Assembly (NCBI GenBank): GCA_965223005.1
Contig: CBDCVK010000002.1
Location: 32,001 to 96,000 of the forward strand
Direction of reading: 5' to 3'
Length of the DNA stretch: 64,000 nt
Origin: Terriglobia bacterium
GTDB lineage: Bacteria; Acidobacteriota; Terriglobia; JAJPHL01; JAPKYU01
Shown: positions 30,177 through 39,628 of the stretch, piece after piece
Position numbering within the stretch: position 1 is the first letter of the stretch
Layout: the number at the start of each line of letters is the position of its first letter
Position numbers and translations under genes: made by a program
Notes under the pieces: generated by a model
Told to the model about the DNA's origin: nothing
Seen by the model: only the letters and a program-made list of their open reading frames with translations
Database searches by the model: none

Positions 30177-30448
30177 TGCAAGTCACTCTGAAAGGAGTGG
30201 GGTTGGAAGTGCGGTTGGATCGCCTTCTGGCCCGCAATAGAAGCTGGAGGTCGATGAGAAAGGGCAAGAAGGAGACTTCGCTCTTGCGGGCCAGAAGGGG
30301 GTCCAATTGCAGGTCATTCGGAAAGGAGGTTTCCTATTCCACCCGATGAAGAGTGGGTGGGCGACTATGCGCCTAGTCAACTGACTGACTGCGCCGTTCA
30401 CACTCCGGACCGAGAGTTCCGGTTATCGGTCCAGCGGCTAATACGCAC
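30177..30448. other. Structured non-coding segment (long hairpin, direct repeats, small hairpins)
   Basis: Perfect 15-bp IR at 30223-37 / 30284-98. Direct repeat (18/21) at 30177-97 / 30308-28. GGACCGA/TCGGTCC hairpin at 30407-32. Confidence 0.45.
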
Positions 30449-30683
30449 CGCGGGATCGCGTGCAGCCACTGAGGCGATGCAAAAAAAGCTCAGGAATAAG
30501 ATAAATGACTGAGCGCTGGGACGGAAAGTCCTATGAGCCTCGTGAGGGCAGTTGCGGGACAGAGGTCGCCCAACCCCACTTAAATGTTTTGGAGTTTCGG
30601 TAGGTTGTCGTCGTCAAAATAAGAGTGAGCCGCGTGGGTTGGTGCTGTCTGCCGCGCGGGACAAACCAGAAGGGGCAAAGGAC

Positions 30684-30959
30684 ATGGGATACAAGGACGA
30701 AGGTGGCAGCCGGGTCCGGTGGTTTCTGGCAGGGGTCAGTTTCGGAGCACCATTGGCCATGCTGTACGCGCCCCGCTCGGGCCGCATCACGCGCCGCTAT
30801 CTTTCCAGGAAGGCCAATAAAGGGCGACACTTCGTTTCCGACCGGGGACATGAACTCTACGACCGCGGCCGGGAAGTGGTGGACCGGGGCCGGGAACTCG
30901 TGGAAGATGCCTCAGGGTTGGCAGAACTCGGTCGCAAGTACCTTCGCGGCTACGGATAG
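30684..30959 (+). CDS. YtxH-domain protein
   Basis: WFLAGVSFGAPLAMLYAPRSGRITRR is the YtxH signature, followed by a coiled region. Confidence 0.85.
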   Translation: MGYKDEGGSRVRWFLAGVSFGAPLAMLYAPRSGRITRRYLSRKANKGRHFVSDRGHELYDRGREVVDRGRELVEDASGLAELGRKYLRGYG

Positions 30960-31146
30960 CAGTTCAACCGGGCTTTCTGGGGAATTTCTTTTTTTTCGGC
31001 CTATTGTCTGGGCGGGGGTTCCCAATGATGCTCGTTGCTTTTCTCTCCCTTCTGGTTGTGATGCTTCTGCTGATGAGCCTGACCGGGCCGCCCGGGCTGA
31101 CTTCCGGTAGCAGGTAGATGCCGCTCCCGTAACAGGAGGTGGCACT

Positions 31147-31597
31147 ATGCTATCCACACGCCTCATCCAGATGATTGAAGCTCACGCCGAGCAGCTCACC
31201 CAGGGCCTCGTCCAACAGTTGAAGTCGCACCCGCGCACCGCCTCCTACAAGCGTTTCTCCGACACCGAGATTCACAACCGCACCTACACCGTGTACAAGA
31301 ACCTCGGCGCCTGGACGGTGGGCAAGTCCGAGGGAGAAATCCGGCGTACCTACAAAGAACTTGGATTGGATCGCTTCGAGGAGTGCATCCCCACTGCACG
31401 AGGTGATCTACGCACTGATCATCACCAGGAAGCACCTGCTGAATTACGTGCGCACCCAAGGGCTGGGCGGCACGGCACTGGAGATTTACGGCGAACAGGA
31501 GCTGGCCAGCCAGGTCAACCAGTTTTATGACAGCGCCATCTACTACACGGCGGTCGGCTACGAACGTGCCCTGCGCCAGCTGGAGCGCCCGGCCTAG
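31147..31597 (+). pseudogene. Conserved helical (RsbRD-N/globin-like) protein with a +1 frameshift near 31390
   Basis: AGGAGG RBS. MLSTRLIQMIEAHAEQLT... continues in ORF 31361-31597 (LHEVIYALII...FYDSAIYYTAVGYE). An extra C in ATCCCCA may be a sequencing error. Confidence 0.7.
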
Positions 31598-31634
31598 CGG
31601 CTTGCCGAAGATCCCGACTGGAGGAGGAATAGCG

Positions 31635-32027
31635 ATGCGTGCCCCACCCAATGTCCTTGTCGTAGTGAGTGGGTCCTCGGATTGTGTCGCCATTTACGCG
31701 CACCTGCAGCCCCTTGGGATTACGGTCCGCCGCGCTGATGGCCTGCTGGACGCCATTCTACGCCAGGCGGATTCCCCATCCAGTGTCATCCTCTGCGACA
31801 CAGATTGCCTGGATTGGAAGGAAGCGGTGAATCTGTTCCAGCGCTTGAAAACGCCGGGCGCGGTCGTGCTCCTGACTCGGCTGGCCGACGAACGTCTCTG
31901 GGTTGAGACGCTGGACGCGGGCGCCTTTGACCTGCTGGAGAAGCCTTACCGGCCAGAGAATCTGCGTTGGGTGGTTTCCACGGCCCTGAAGCACAGGCCG
32001 GAACGGATGGCTGCGAGCGCTGCATAG
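31635..32027 (+). CDS. Atypical single-domain response-regulator receiver
   Basis: GGAGGAGG RBS. Motifs VILCD, VVLLTRLADERLW.ETLDAGAFDLLEKPY. The N-terminal acidic pair is degenerate. Confidence 0.75.
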   Translation: MRAPPNVLVVVSGSSDCVAIYAHLQPLGITVRRADGLLDAILRQADSPSSVILCDTDCLDWKEAVNLFQRLKTPGAVVLLTRLADERLWVETLDAGAFDLLEKPYRPENLRWVVSTALKHRPERMAASAA

Positions 32028-32136
32028 GGCGCACCAAAGGGTTAGCGACTAGCCTGAAGGGAGGCGCAGGTGGCGAGGGCAGCGGAAGCTTCTTGCGATC
32101 TTCTCCGAATGGGCGGACCGGGCTGGAGGTGAAACG

Positions 32137-32340
32137 ATGCAGGCGGTCGAAACGCAAAGGGAAACACCCAGTCTGGAGTTGACCGCGGATCAACTGCGCC
32201 AGACAATCGAAGCACTACTCCGAATGGAGTCGGAGTTACCCACGGATGACCACCGATGGTGTGAGTTGCGCACGGTTCGGCAGGTCTTGAACCGCATGTT
32301 GCTCATGGCCGAGGAAAAGGAGGGGAACGCTTGTTCATGA
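32137..32340 (+). CDS. Small hypothetical helical protein (67 aa)
   Basis: GGAGGT RBS before ATG; co-oriented within the cluster. Confidence 0.55.
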   Translation: MQAVETQRETPSLELTADQLRQTIEALLRMESELPTDDHRWCELRTVRQVLNRMLLMAEEKEGNACS

Positions 32341-32380
32341 AACTTTATTGATAGTAGCTACTCAGCGAAGGAGGCCCGCC

Positions 32381-32857
32381 ATGATCGGCGAACGTCTGAG
32401 ACACCACCTGGAGGAAAAGCATATTGCCTACACGCACCACGTGCACCGGACAACATACACGGCACAGGAAGTGGCAGCCGAGGAGCATGTACCCGGGCGC
32501 ATGATGGCCAAAACCCTGATCGTGCACACCGGCGAAGGATTCGTGCTGGCGGTGCTGCCGGCTCCCTCACGGCTGGACCTGGGTGCGCTGCGAGCGGCGC
32601 TGGGCAAGCCCCAGGCGCGGCTGGCTACCGAGGCCGAGTTCGCAGGTCTGTTTCCCGACTCGGAAATCGGCGCTATGCCGCCCTTCGGTAACCTCTACGG
32701 CCTGCCGGTCTACGTGGATGAGGTGCTTGCCCGCGACGGGGAAATCTTTTTCAATGCCGGCACGCATCAAGACACGATCCTCCTCCGCTACCAGGACTTT
32801 TCGCGTCTGGTGCAACCGAAGATGCTGGCGCTGGCGCTCGAACACGCCGGTTCCTGA
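32381..32857 (+). CDS. YbaK/EbsC-family aminoacyl-tRNA deacylase-like protein
   Basis: Motifs YTAQEVA, MAKTLIV, LATEAEF, GAMPPFG and FNAGTH. AAGGAGG RBS. Confidence 0.9.
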   Translation: MIGERLRHHLEEKHIAYTHHVHRTTYTAQEVAAEEHVPGRMMAKTLIVHTGEGFVLAVLPAPSRLDLGALRAALGKPQARLATEAEFAGLFPDSEIGAMPPFGNLYGLPVYVDEVLARDGEIFFNAGTHQDTILLRYQDFSRLVQPKMLALALEHAGS

Positions 32858-32967
32858 AGAGGTTCGGTGGTCCCACAGGATCAAGGTTGAGGACCCCCGT
32901 GCAGTATCTTGAAAGCAGAATGCAAATGAAGGCCCTTTGACTAGCCAAACCGGCAAGGAGGCTCGCG

Positions 32968-33400
32968 ATGCTGCAGGGAAGGTTCGGATTCACAATTTCC
33001 GCACGGAAGTTGCTAGTCGGACTGCTTGTCACCGTCGTCCCTGTCAGTCTTGTCGCCTTATACACGGTTAATCGAGCTGCTGGAGACGCGGAGAGGAAGA
33101 TCGGTGGCCATTTCAAAACGATCGCCGCCTCGACCGCTGACGCAATCTCTGATTTCATCCACGGCACAGTAGTAGAGGTAACTTCGATGGCAGGGAATCC
33201 TGCCGTGCTCGACGTAGTGGGAGCCGCCAATCGGTCCTACCAGGAGATGAGCGATTCTGCAATCATCGCGAGAATGCAGAGGGGAGATGCGATCTGGAAC
33301 AAGGACGAGGGTGAGCCTCTGGTGGACCGAGTTCTGTCTAACCGGGCTTCGCGTGAGCTTCGCCGTTATCTTCAACGCGACCCCAAATGTTTGCGGATTA
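32968..33400 (+). pseudogene. N-terminus of a membrane sensor (Cache-domain type), truncated by IS3
   Basis: TISARKLLVGLL..VVPVSL TM followed by a periplasmic segment that ends at the IS IR. Confidence 0.65.
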
Positions 33401-34545
33401 TGCCCTGGACTGGGTAATTTAGACACTGAGGTTGGGAATTAACTACCCTGGTGTCATATGAACAAAAAACATCATCGTATTGCAGCCGACGTAAAAGCCG
33501 ATATCCTACGCCGCGTCAAGGAAGAAGGCATCTCGGTGGCCCAGGCCGCCAAGGATCACGGTATTTCTGAAGGGAGCATCTATGGTTGGATGGTAAAAGG
33601 AGCAACCGGTGCCCCGTCCTGGGCGGAGTTCTCCCGACTTCAGAAGCAGAACAGAGAACTCCTGGAACTCGTGGGCGAGATCACGCTCAAGCTCTCCATG
33701 ACTCAAAAAAACAATTGAGCGAAGGAAGAAACAAATCAGCGCTTGCCCGAGCCCTTGGCATATCCCGCGCGAGCCTGTATTACGTCCCAAGAATGAAGGA
33801 GAAGGACTGGCGCCTCAAGGTCCGCCTGGAAGAAGAGCTGCAGATCCATCCCTCCTACGGCTCCCGGCGAATTGCTACGGCACTGGGACTCTGCCGCCAG
33901 CGGGCGCAGAGGGTCATGCGTCTGTTTGGCATCAAGCCCTACCGCAGGAGAGGCAGAAAATGGAGAAAATCCAAGGTTTCCCGGACCTATCCCAACCTCC
34001 TGCTCGCGGTCATGCCCGCATATGCAAACCACATCTGGGCAGCGGACTTCACCGAGTTCGTGCAGCACGGAAAGAAGGTCTATGTGGCGACCGTGATCGA
34101 TCTCTACACCCGCCGGATCCTGGGAATCCAGGTTACGGTGAGAAAGGGAGCCGCGCTCACCATTCAGGCGCTTTCCAACGCCCTGCTCCATCATCCGCGC
34201 CCGGGTCTATTCCACTCCGACAACGGGAGGGAGTATGACGCGATGGCGTTCACTGAAATCCTTGATGGATGCGGCATCGTGATTTCACGGAGCCGCCCGG
34301 GGTGCCCTTGGGAGAACGGATACCAGGAATCGTTCTACGATAAATTCAAGGTTGACCTGGGAGATCCGAACCGCTTCAAAACACTGGGGGAGCTAGTGGC
34401 GGAGATCTACCGCACCCTGTGGGACTACAACAACACGCGGATTCACTCCGCGCTCAACATGCCGCCTGTGGTATTCGCCAAACGGTATGCGTTAGTCGCG
34501 TAAAAAACTCTCAGAATCAGTGTCTAAAGAAATCAGTCCTTGACA
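33401..34545 (+). mobile_element. IS3-family element (third type), no target duplication
   Basis: 29-bp IRs TGCCCTGGACTGGGTAATTTAGACACTGA / reverse complement TGTCAAGGACTGATTTCTTTAGACACTGA. OrfA 33458-33718 has an A7C slip site. OrfB runs to 34503 (WAADFT, HSDNG, ENGYQESF). Confidence 0.93.
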
Positions 34546-34720
34546 AGATGCTCTTGTGGCCCTCAGTTCCTGCACGGTCCGCAGATCGACTCCCGCCATG
34601 ACAAGCCCGCTGGCAAAGGTGTGAGGAAAGCAGTGCCAGGTGAAGTTGAGAACGTTCGCCTGCTGGTAGGCCTCCGGGAACCACGTGGCGGGCGGCTTCA
34701 GTGGAAACATGGACTCGGAC
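34546..34720 (-). pseudogene. Degenerate tyrosine integrase catalytic fragment
   Basis: WF.EA...A....FTWHCFPHTFASGLVMAGVDLRTVQEL, then GHKSI in a shifted frame. Cut by the IS. Confidence 0.75.
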
Positions 34721-34891
34721 TCGCTCCACATCCGTTTAGCGACAGTACTAGTCCGACGGTCTCCCGTAGGAATTTCGTACTGCGTCAAAAATGTGGCTTC
34801 CGGTCTATTGAGGTCCTGCTATCGGTTCCCTACAATGCCACCATCCTTTGGATCGAGGTGCGCGCACATGGTGAAGCCGTTTAGGCTGGTA

Positions 34892-35070
34892 GGCGACCAA
34901 GCGCAACTATCCGTTGCCCAGGACAAGATTGACCAACTACAAGCTGAGCTCAGTCGCCTGCCCGAGGTCCGGCAGGATCGCGTGCAAGCCTTGCAGCGGG
35001 CTCTGAAAGAAGGCCGCTACCGAGTGACTAACGAACAGATCGCCGAGGCGGTCTTTTCTGAATTTCTGGG
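34892..35070 (+). pseudogene. flgM: FlgM anti-sigma-28 domain (N-terminus missing)
   Basis: DQAQLS......L...LSRLPEVRQDRVQALQRALKEGRYRVTNEQIAEA. Confidence 0.75.
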
Positions 35071-35311
35071 GGTTCCGTTTCTTGAGCCAAGAAAACGGCC
35101 CAAACTTCTCCAGCAAAGATTCCGGAAGAGAACAGAGGAAGGTGCGAGAGCAGACGTCTTGCGCATGAAGCTCATTGGAGCCAACCCCATGCCCACCTTC
35201 GCCTACGAGCCCTAAAAGTGCCCCTGCCGCTCTTTGACCGCTCAGGGTCAATTCGGGAAGGGGCGTAGGTGCCCCCTAGGATAACCTACAGCCCGCATCA
35301 GCTTGCCCGTG

Positions 35312-35388
35312 CTCACGCTGGCCTCCAACACGTTGAAGACTGGCTTCCCGTAGGGCCCGGTGCTTTCCATGACCACGTCGGTGCAGCC
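35312..35388 (-). pseudogene. IS110-family transposase fragment
   Basis: GCTDVVMESTGPYGKPVFNVLE matches the DEDD-domain motif MESTGxYWKP. Confidence 0.7.
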
Positions 35389-35394
35389 ACGGCT

Positions 35395-36630
35395 TCAGCC
35401 CCCGGCTTGTCTGGGCTCAGCCACAAGTGGGACCGCAGTACGACTGGCCGGATCAGGGGCGGGAGGCGGGCAGTCCCGCTGCTCGACGCGTGCGCGAAGG
35501 TCTTTCCATCTCTCTTTCGGAACCTGGCAGAAAATTTCGGCGATCCGAGGGTCGAATTGTGTGCCGATGCACCGGCGAACCTCGCTCAGAACGGCGGCGA
35601 ACCCCGGCGCCTTGCGGTAATGGCGGTCCGAGGTCATCGCGTCCAGGGTGTCGGCAAATGCAAAGATGCGGGCTCCCAGGGGAATCTGTTCCCCCGCTAG
35701 TCCATCCGGGTATCCGGTGCCGTCAAAACGTTCATGGTGGTGACGGACGATGATCGCGGCCGACCTTAGAAACGAGACGCGGTTCAGAATCTGCTCGCCG
35801 GCCCCCGAATGTTTTCGCATTTCCACCCATTCTTCCTCAGTGAGTTTCGCTGGCTTCAGCAGGATGGCGTCCGACACTGCAGTCTTGCCGATGTCGTGTA
35901 ACAGGGCGGCGTGCTCCAGTTGAGGGAGCAGGGCCGGGGGGTAACCTAACAGGCGGGCCAAGTGTGTGGTGTAGGCACGGACGCGAGAGGAATGGGCATA
36001 GGTTTCGTGCTCGCGGGCGTCGAGCGCAGCTACCAATGCTTCCAGCGTGGCTTGGAAGTTTACTTCGACGAAGCGCAGAGCTGCTTCCAGATCGCGAGTG
36101 CGACGCTGTATGCTGGCTTCAAGTGAGCCTCGGTAGGCGCAGGCTTCGCGCTGAAGGAGCAGCCGCCGGTAGCTGCGCGTGACCGCCTCGGTCAGGGCCT
36201 GTAAGGTGAAGGGTTTCATCAAGAAATCCGCAGCTTGCAAACGCAGGGCTGCGATCACCTGTTCCACCTCCGCTCGTCCGGTCATCAGAATGAAGGTCAC
36301 ATCCCACTGCGACTGGTGGGCCATTGCCAGCAGGTCCAGGCCGGTCGCGCCGGGCAGATGCAGGTCGGAAACCACGATACCAAAATCGCCGCTCTCGATC
36401 GTTTCCAGTGCGCCCACCGCGTCCGCCGTCTGGGATACCCGGGCTGCCAAGGGCTCCAAGCTCTCCACTACGAAGGCGCGCACCGATGGTTGGTCTTCGA
36501 CCACAAGGATCTTCGGAAGCGTGTTCGCAAACATTCGGCTCCTGACGACGAGTTTGTTGGTAGCCGAGGAAATACCCTGCGGTAGCAGCGTACCGTTCCT
36601 CGCCGGGAAAGAATCCTCCTCCGCCTGCAC
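35395..36630 (-). CDS. Response regulator with HD-GYP c-di-GMP phosphodiesterase domain
   Basis: Receiver ILVVED..SDLHLP..KPF. HD-GYP motifs HSSRV, LHDIGK, HHERFDGTGYP and ADTLDAMTSDRHY. Probable start 36534 (MFANT). Confidence 0.93.
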   Translation of the reverse strand: MQAEEDSFPARNGTLLPQGISSATNKLVVRSRMFANTLPKILVVEDQPSVRAFVVESLEPLAARVSQTADAVGALETIESGDFGIVVSDLHLPGATGLDLLAMAHQSQWDVTFILMTGRAEVEQVIAALRLQAADFLMKPFTLQALTEAVTRSYRRLLLQREACAYRGSLEASIQRRTRDLEAALRFVEVNFQATLEALVAALDAREHETYAHSSRVRAYTTHLARLLGYPPALLPQLEHAALLHDIGKTAVSDAILLKPAKLTEEEWVEMRKHSGAGEQILNRVSFLRSAAIIVRHHHERFDGTGYPDGLAGEQIPLGARIFAFADTLDAMTSDRHYRKAPGFAAVLSEVRRCIGTQFDPRIAEIFCQVPKERWKDLRARVEQRDCPPPAPDPASRTAVPLVAEPRQAGG

Positions 36631-36686
36631 ATCGGCCTGGTCTTCGCTTTCTTTACCCGCTTTCCCGGATGTGTCCTTTCATCTGA

Positions 36687-36782
36687 CCAGATCCAAACCT
36701 TTAACCCGTTCTTCCACTCGGCTGTACGCGGTCAGAACCAGCACCGGAAGAGTGGTCTTCTTGGCGCGAACATGCTTTAACT
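36687..36782 (-). pseudogene. Middle part of an OmpR-type receiver domain (joins 39190 fragment)
   Basis: LKHVRAKKTTLPVLVLTAYSRVEERVKGLDL. Confidence 0.8.
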
Positions 36783-36929
36783 TGACAATATCTCTAGACG
36801 ATACTTTCACCCACCTCAGATGCCCCCACACACCACTTCGCCTCCATCCGCCACCGTTCGCCATACCGTCCAACTGTGGACGATGAGAGCGCGAGTGGAT
36901 GACGGGTGAAAGGACGGTGGTGTTCGCGG

Positions 36930-38771
36930 TCATATCCCCTTCACTGGCTGCAGCAGCGCCGCAATCAACCTCCCTGCCGCCTCGCCATTGAGCGGCTTGG
37001 AGAAGAGATATCCCTGCCCATATTTACATCCCAGTGCCCTGAGCTGTGCCAGTTGCTCCGCTGTTTCTATCCCTTCCGCGACTACATCCATGCCTAGATC
37101 ACGGGCGAGTGTTATGATGGTCCGGACCACCTCTGGCTTTTCGACACCCGAGCGCGACCCGCTGACGAAGGAACGATCAATCTTTATCACATCGATCGGA
37201 AGCCGGTGCAGATAACTCAAGGATGAATAGCCCGTACCAAAATCATCCATGGACGACTGAATCCCCAAGGCCTTCAGTTGTCGAAGCGTGGTGATCACGG
37301 ATTCGATATCTTCCATGATCATACTTTCCGTGATCTCCAGCTTCAAACTTCGCCCGTCCAGGGAGAACTCTTGCAGAATTTGGGTGATCTGGTCAACGAG
37401 GTCGCGTTGCGAAAGTTGTTTGCCGGAAAGATTGACGTTCACAGGCACGTCGGCGCCAAATTGGGCCTGCCAGGCACGCACCTGACGGCACGCCTCCTCG
37501 AGTACCCAGCGGCCGATGGGAATGATCAATCGGGTTTCTTCTGCAAGCGGGATGAACTCTGCCGGTGGGACAAGACCACCCTCCGGATGCTCCCAACGCA
37601 GAAGAGCCTCCAGTCCGAGCACTTCAACGGTTTCTAGCAAGACAATGGGCTGGTAGTGAAGCCGGAACTCCTTCTGTTCGAGGGCGCGTCGCAGGTCGTG
37701 GTCCATCTGTAAAAGGGTTACCGCACGCTTGTGCATAGCCGTGTCAAACATCGAGTAACAGGCTTTGCCAAGCGCCTTGGCGCGATACATAGCCGTGTCC
37801 GCGTCGCGCAGGAGCTCCTCCGGTTGGTCATAACCTGTGGAACTCAGGGCGATTCCGATGCTCGACGTGGTAAAGACCTCATGCCCGTCAACCTGGAAAG
37901 AGCTCCTCAGCTCCTTGTGGATACGCTCGGCAACGCGGGTGGCATCGGTCTCGTCTTTGATGTCCTCGAGGAACATTGTGAACTCGTCTCCCCCCAGACG
38001 GGCAACCGTATCCTCTTGGGAGCGCAGGCACTTCTCCAGCCTTCGAGCCACCGCCATAAGCAATTCATCTCCGACATTGTGCCCCAGGCTGTCGTTGACC
38101 AGCTTGAAGCGATCCAGGTCCAGAAAGAGCACGGCGAAAAGGTAATCCGGATGTCGACTCCGGCGCTTCAGCGCACGCCCGAGGCGGTCGAGTAACAAAG
38201 CGCGATTGGCAAGGCCCGTCAGCGAGTCGGAGAACGCCCTTTGAACTAATTGCTCCTCGGCCCGTTTCCGCTCGGTGATTTCCACCTTCAGCTGTTCTCC
38301 CAAGTCGCGCAGTTGCCCGATCCCTGCGCCAATTAACACTGCCATGACCTGCCCAGGCCCGCTTCCTTGCCGGAATACCGCGTCCCAGCCTTCCAGCCCG
38401 ACAAGGTTGAATAGAAGCGTGTTCAGCGGGAGGGTGAGAAAAGCGACAATCAAGCCGCCCCGTAATCCCCAGAGCCATGCCAGTGCAATCACTGGGGCTG
38501 TGGCCAGCGCGGCCGTCCCTGGACCATTCAGTTGGTACAATGGGAAAAACGCGAGCACATAGGCACTCACAGCAGTTAGGCTGAAGAGCACCCGCCGGAG
38601 CCGAGATTGGGGGTCGAAGAACACGGTCATCTCCCCGCAATGCATCGGGAGCATGGGCGCCGACCCACGCTTCCAAGACCCGCTGTGCCACTTCGCATGT
38701 TCAGCAGGCCAAGCCCCCGGCAGTTGGAGGTTGGGTAAAAAGGTTTGGACCGGAAGTATCGCTCTCGCCAT
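36930..38771 (-). CDS. Membrane GGDEF-EAL diguanylate cyclase/phosphodiesterase
   Basis: About 4 TM helices and motifs DSLTGLANR, DLDRFK, ARLGGDEF, EALLRW, LEITES, DDFGTGYSSL and AEGIET. True start probably 38656-38629. Confidence 0.93.
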   Translation of the reverse strand: MARAILPVQTFLPNLQLPGAWPAEHAKWHSGSWKRGSAPMLPMHCGEMTVFFDPQSRLRRVLFSLTAVSAYVLAFFPLYQLNGPGTAALATAPVIALAWLWGLRGGLIVAFLTLPLNTLLFNLVGLEGWDAVFRQGSGPGQVMAVLIGAGIGQLRDLGEQLKVEITERKRAEEQLVQRAFSDSLTGLANRALLLDRLGRALKRRSRHPDYLFAVLFLDLDRFKLVNDSLGHNVGDELLMAVARRLEKCLRSQEDTVARLGGDEFTMFLEDIKDETDATRVAERIHKELRSSFQVDGHEVFTTSSIGIALSSTGYDQPEELLRDADTAMYRAKALGKACYSMFDTAMHKRAVTLLQMDHDLRRALEQKEFRLHYQPIVLLETVEVLGLEALLRWEHPEGGLVPPAEFIPLAEETRLIIPIGRWVLEEACRQVRAWQAQFGADVPVNVNLSGKQLSQRDLVDQITQILQEFSLDGRSLKLEITESMIMEDIESVITTLRQLKALGIQSSMDDFGTGYSSLSYLHRLPIDVIKIDRSFVSGSRSGVEKPEVVRTIITLARDLGMDVVAEGIETAEQLAQLRALGCKYGQGYLFSKPLNGEAAGRLIAALLQPVKGI

Positions 38772-38896
38772 TCCGGGGGCACATTCATGAAACCGACATT
38801 GACTGCGGTATCGGGCGAGAACATCTTGACTTCCTTATCCTGACCGAGCAGCCTGGCAGCTTGATTGGAGGCGTGCCCATACGCAACAGAGTAGGC

Positions 38897-39034
38897 TCAC
38901 CACCCCCAAAGCCACCAATCGCGCCTTTCGAGTTGGCGCAACTTGGCATAAATCTCCTTCGTGCCAGGTACGGTTTCCTGTCTGCCGGACTGTGGGACCA
39001 CTTTGCTTATCTGCTCCTGCTGCTGACTCCCGCC
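38897..39034 (-). pseudogene. 5' fragment of a probable acidobacterial membrane GGDEF-type gene
   Basis: KLRQLERRDWWLW then a stop. Resembles the N-terminus of acidobacterial diguanylate cyclases (from recall). Confidence 0.4.
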
Positions 39035-39189
39035 CATTTTCCCTTCCGCCCCGACTTGGTTCCTAGCAGGTGAGAATCCTTTTGCCAGCGGCTTGGCAAT
39101 CAAACGGATACCGAAGTTGACGGCCCCAGAGGGCGGTCTGATTTAGGAATGGTTTCCCGATTTGGTAGGCCCGTTCGGCCAAGGCGAAG

Positions 39190-39300
39190 CTGGGTGCGGA
39201 CGACTACCTGACGAAACCCTTCTCGTTTTCCGAACTCTCGGCCCGGGTGCGGGCTCTGTTCCGGCGGTCCGGCCGCCCGGCAGAATCCCTACTGCGAAGG
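39190..39300 (+). pseudogene. C-terminal part of the same OmpR-type receiver domain
   Basis: [35 protein letters not shown]. Confidence 0.85.
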
Positions 39301-39628
39301 CTTCAGCTACCAGCATGCCCAGCGGCCGAGCCGAATGAGGATTCGGGTCCGACTGTTGCTGAGAGTAGCCCACGCAGATTCGGGGCATCGGTCGCCAGCT
39401 GTATCACTTCGACCTGTCGGATACCACCACCAATCGGGAGCGCTATCTCATCCTGGGCAGCTACTATTGGGAGGTATTTGGGTGACAACGAAAAGGCGCC
39501 GCCGCGGGCCTGAGCGCCGCTTGAGCGCGGAGAACAGAACTTCGATCTTGCCGTGCTGTTCCTCTACGCCGGCCTGCGTGTCGAGGTCTCGACTCACACT
39601 TTCTAGAGTGGGTGTGAGGCCGCTTGGT

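Noticed and set aside
30330-30448. Group II intron 5' end (minus-strand GTGCG)
   Set aside because: Only a 5-nt match. No domain V/VI or RT/maturase is present nearby.
34685-35215. 176-aa ORF as a novel FlgM fusion protein
   Set aside because: It is a chance read-through across the antisense integrase remnant, the FlgM fragment and another gene start.
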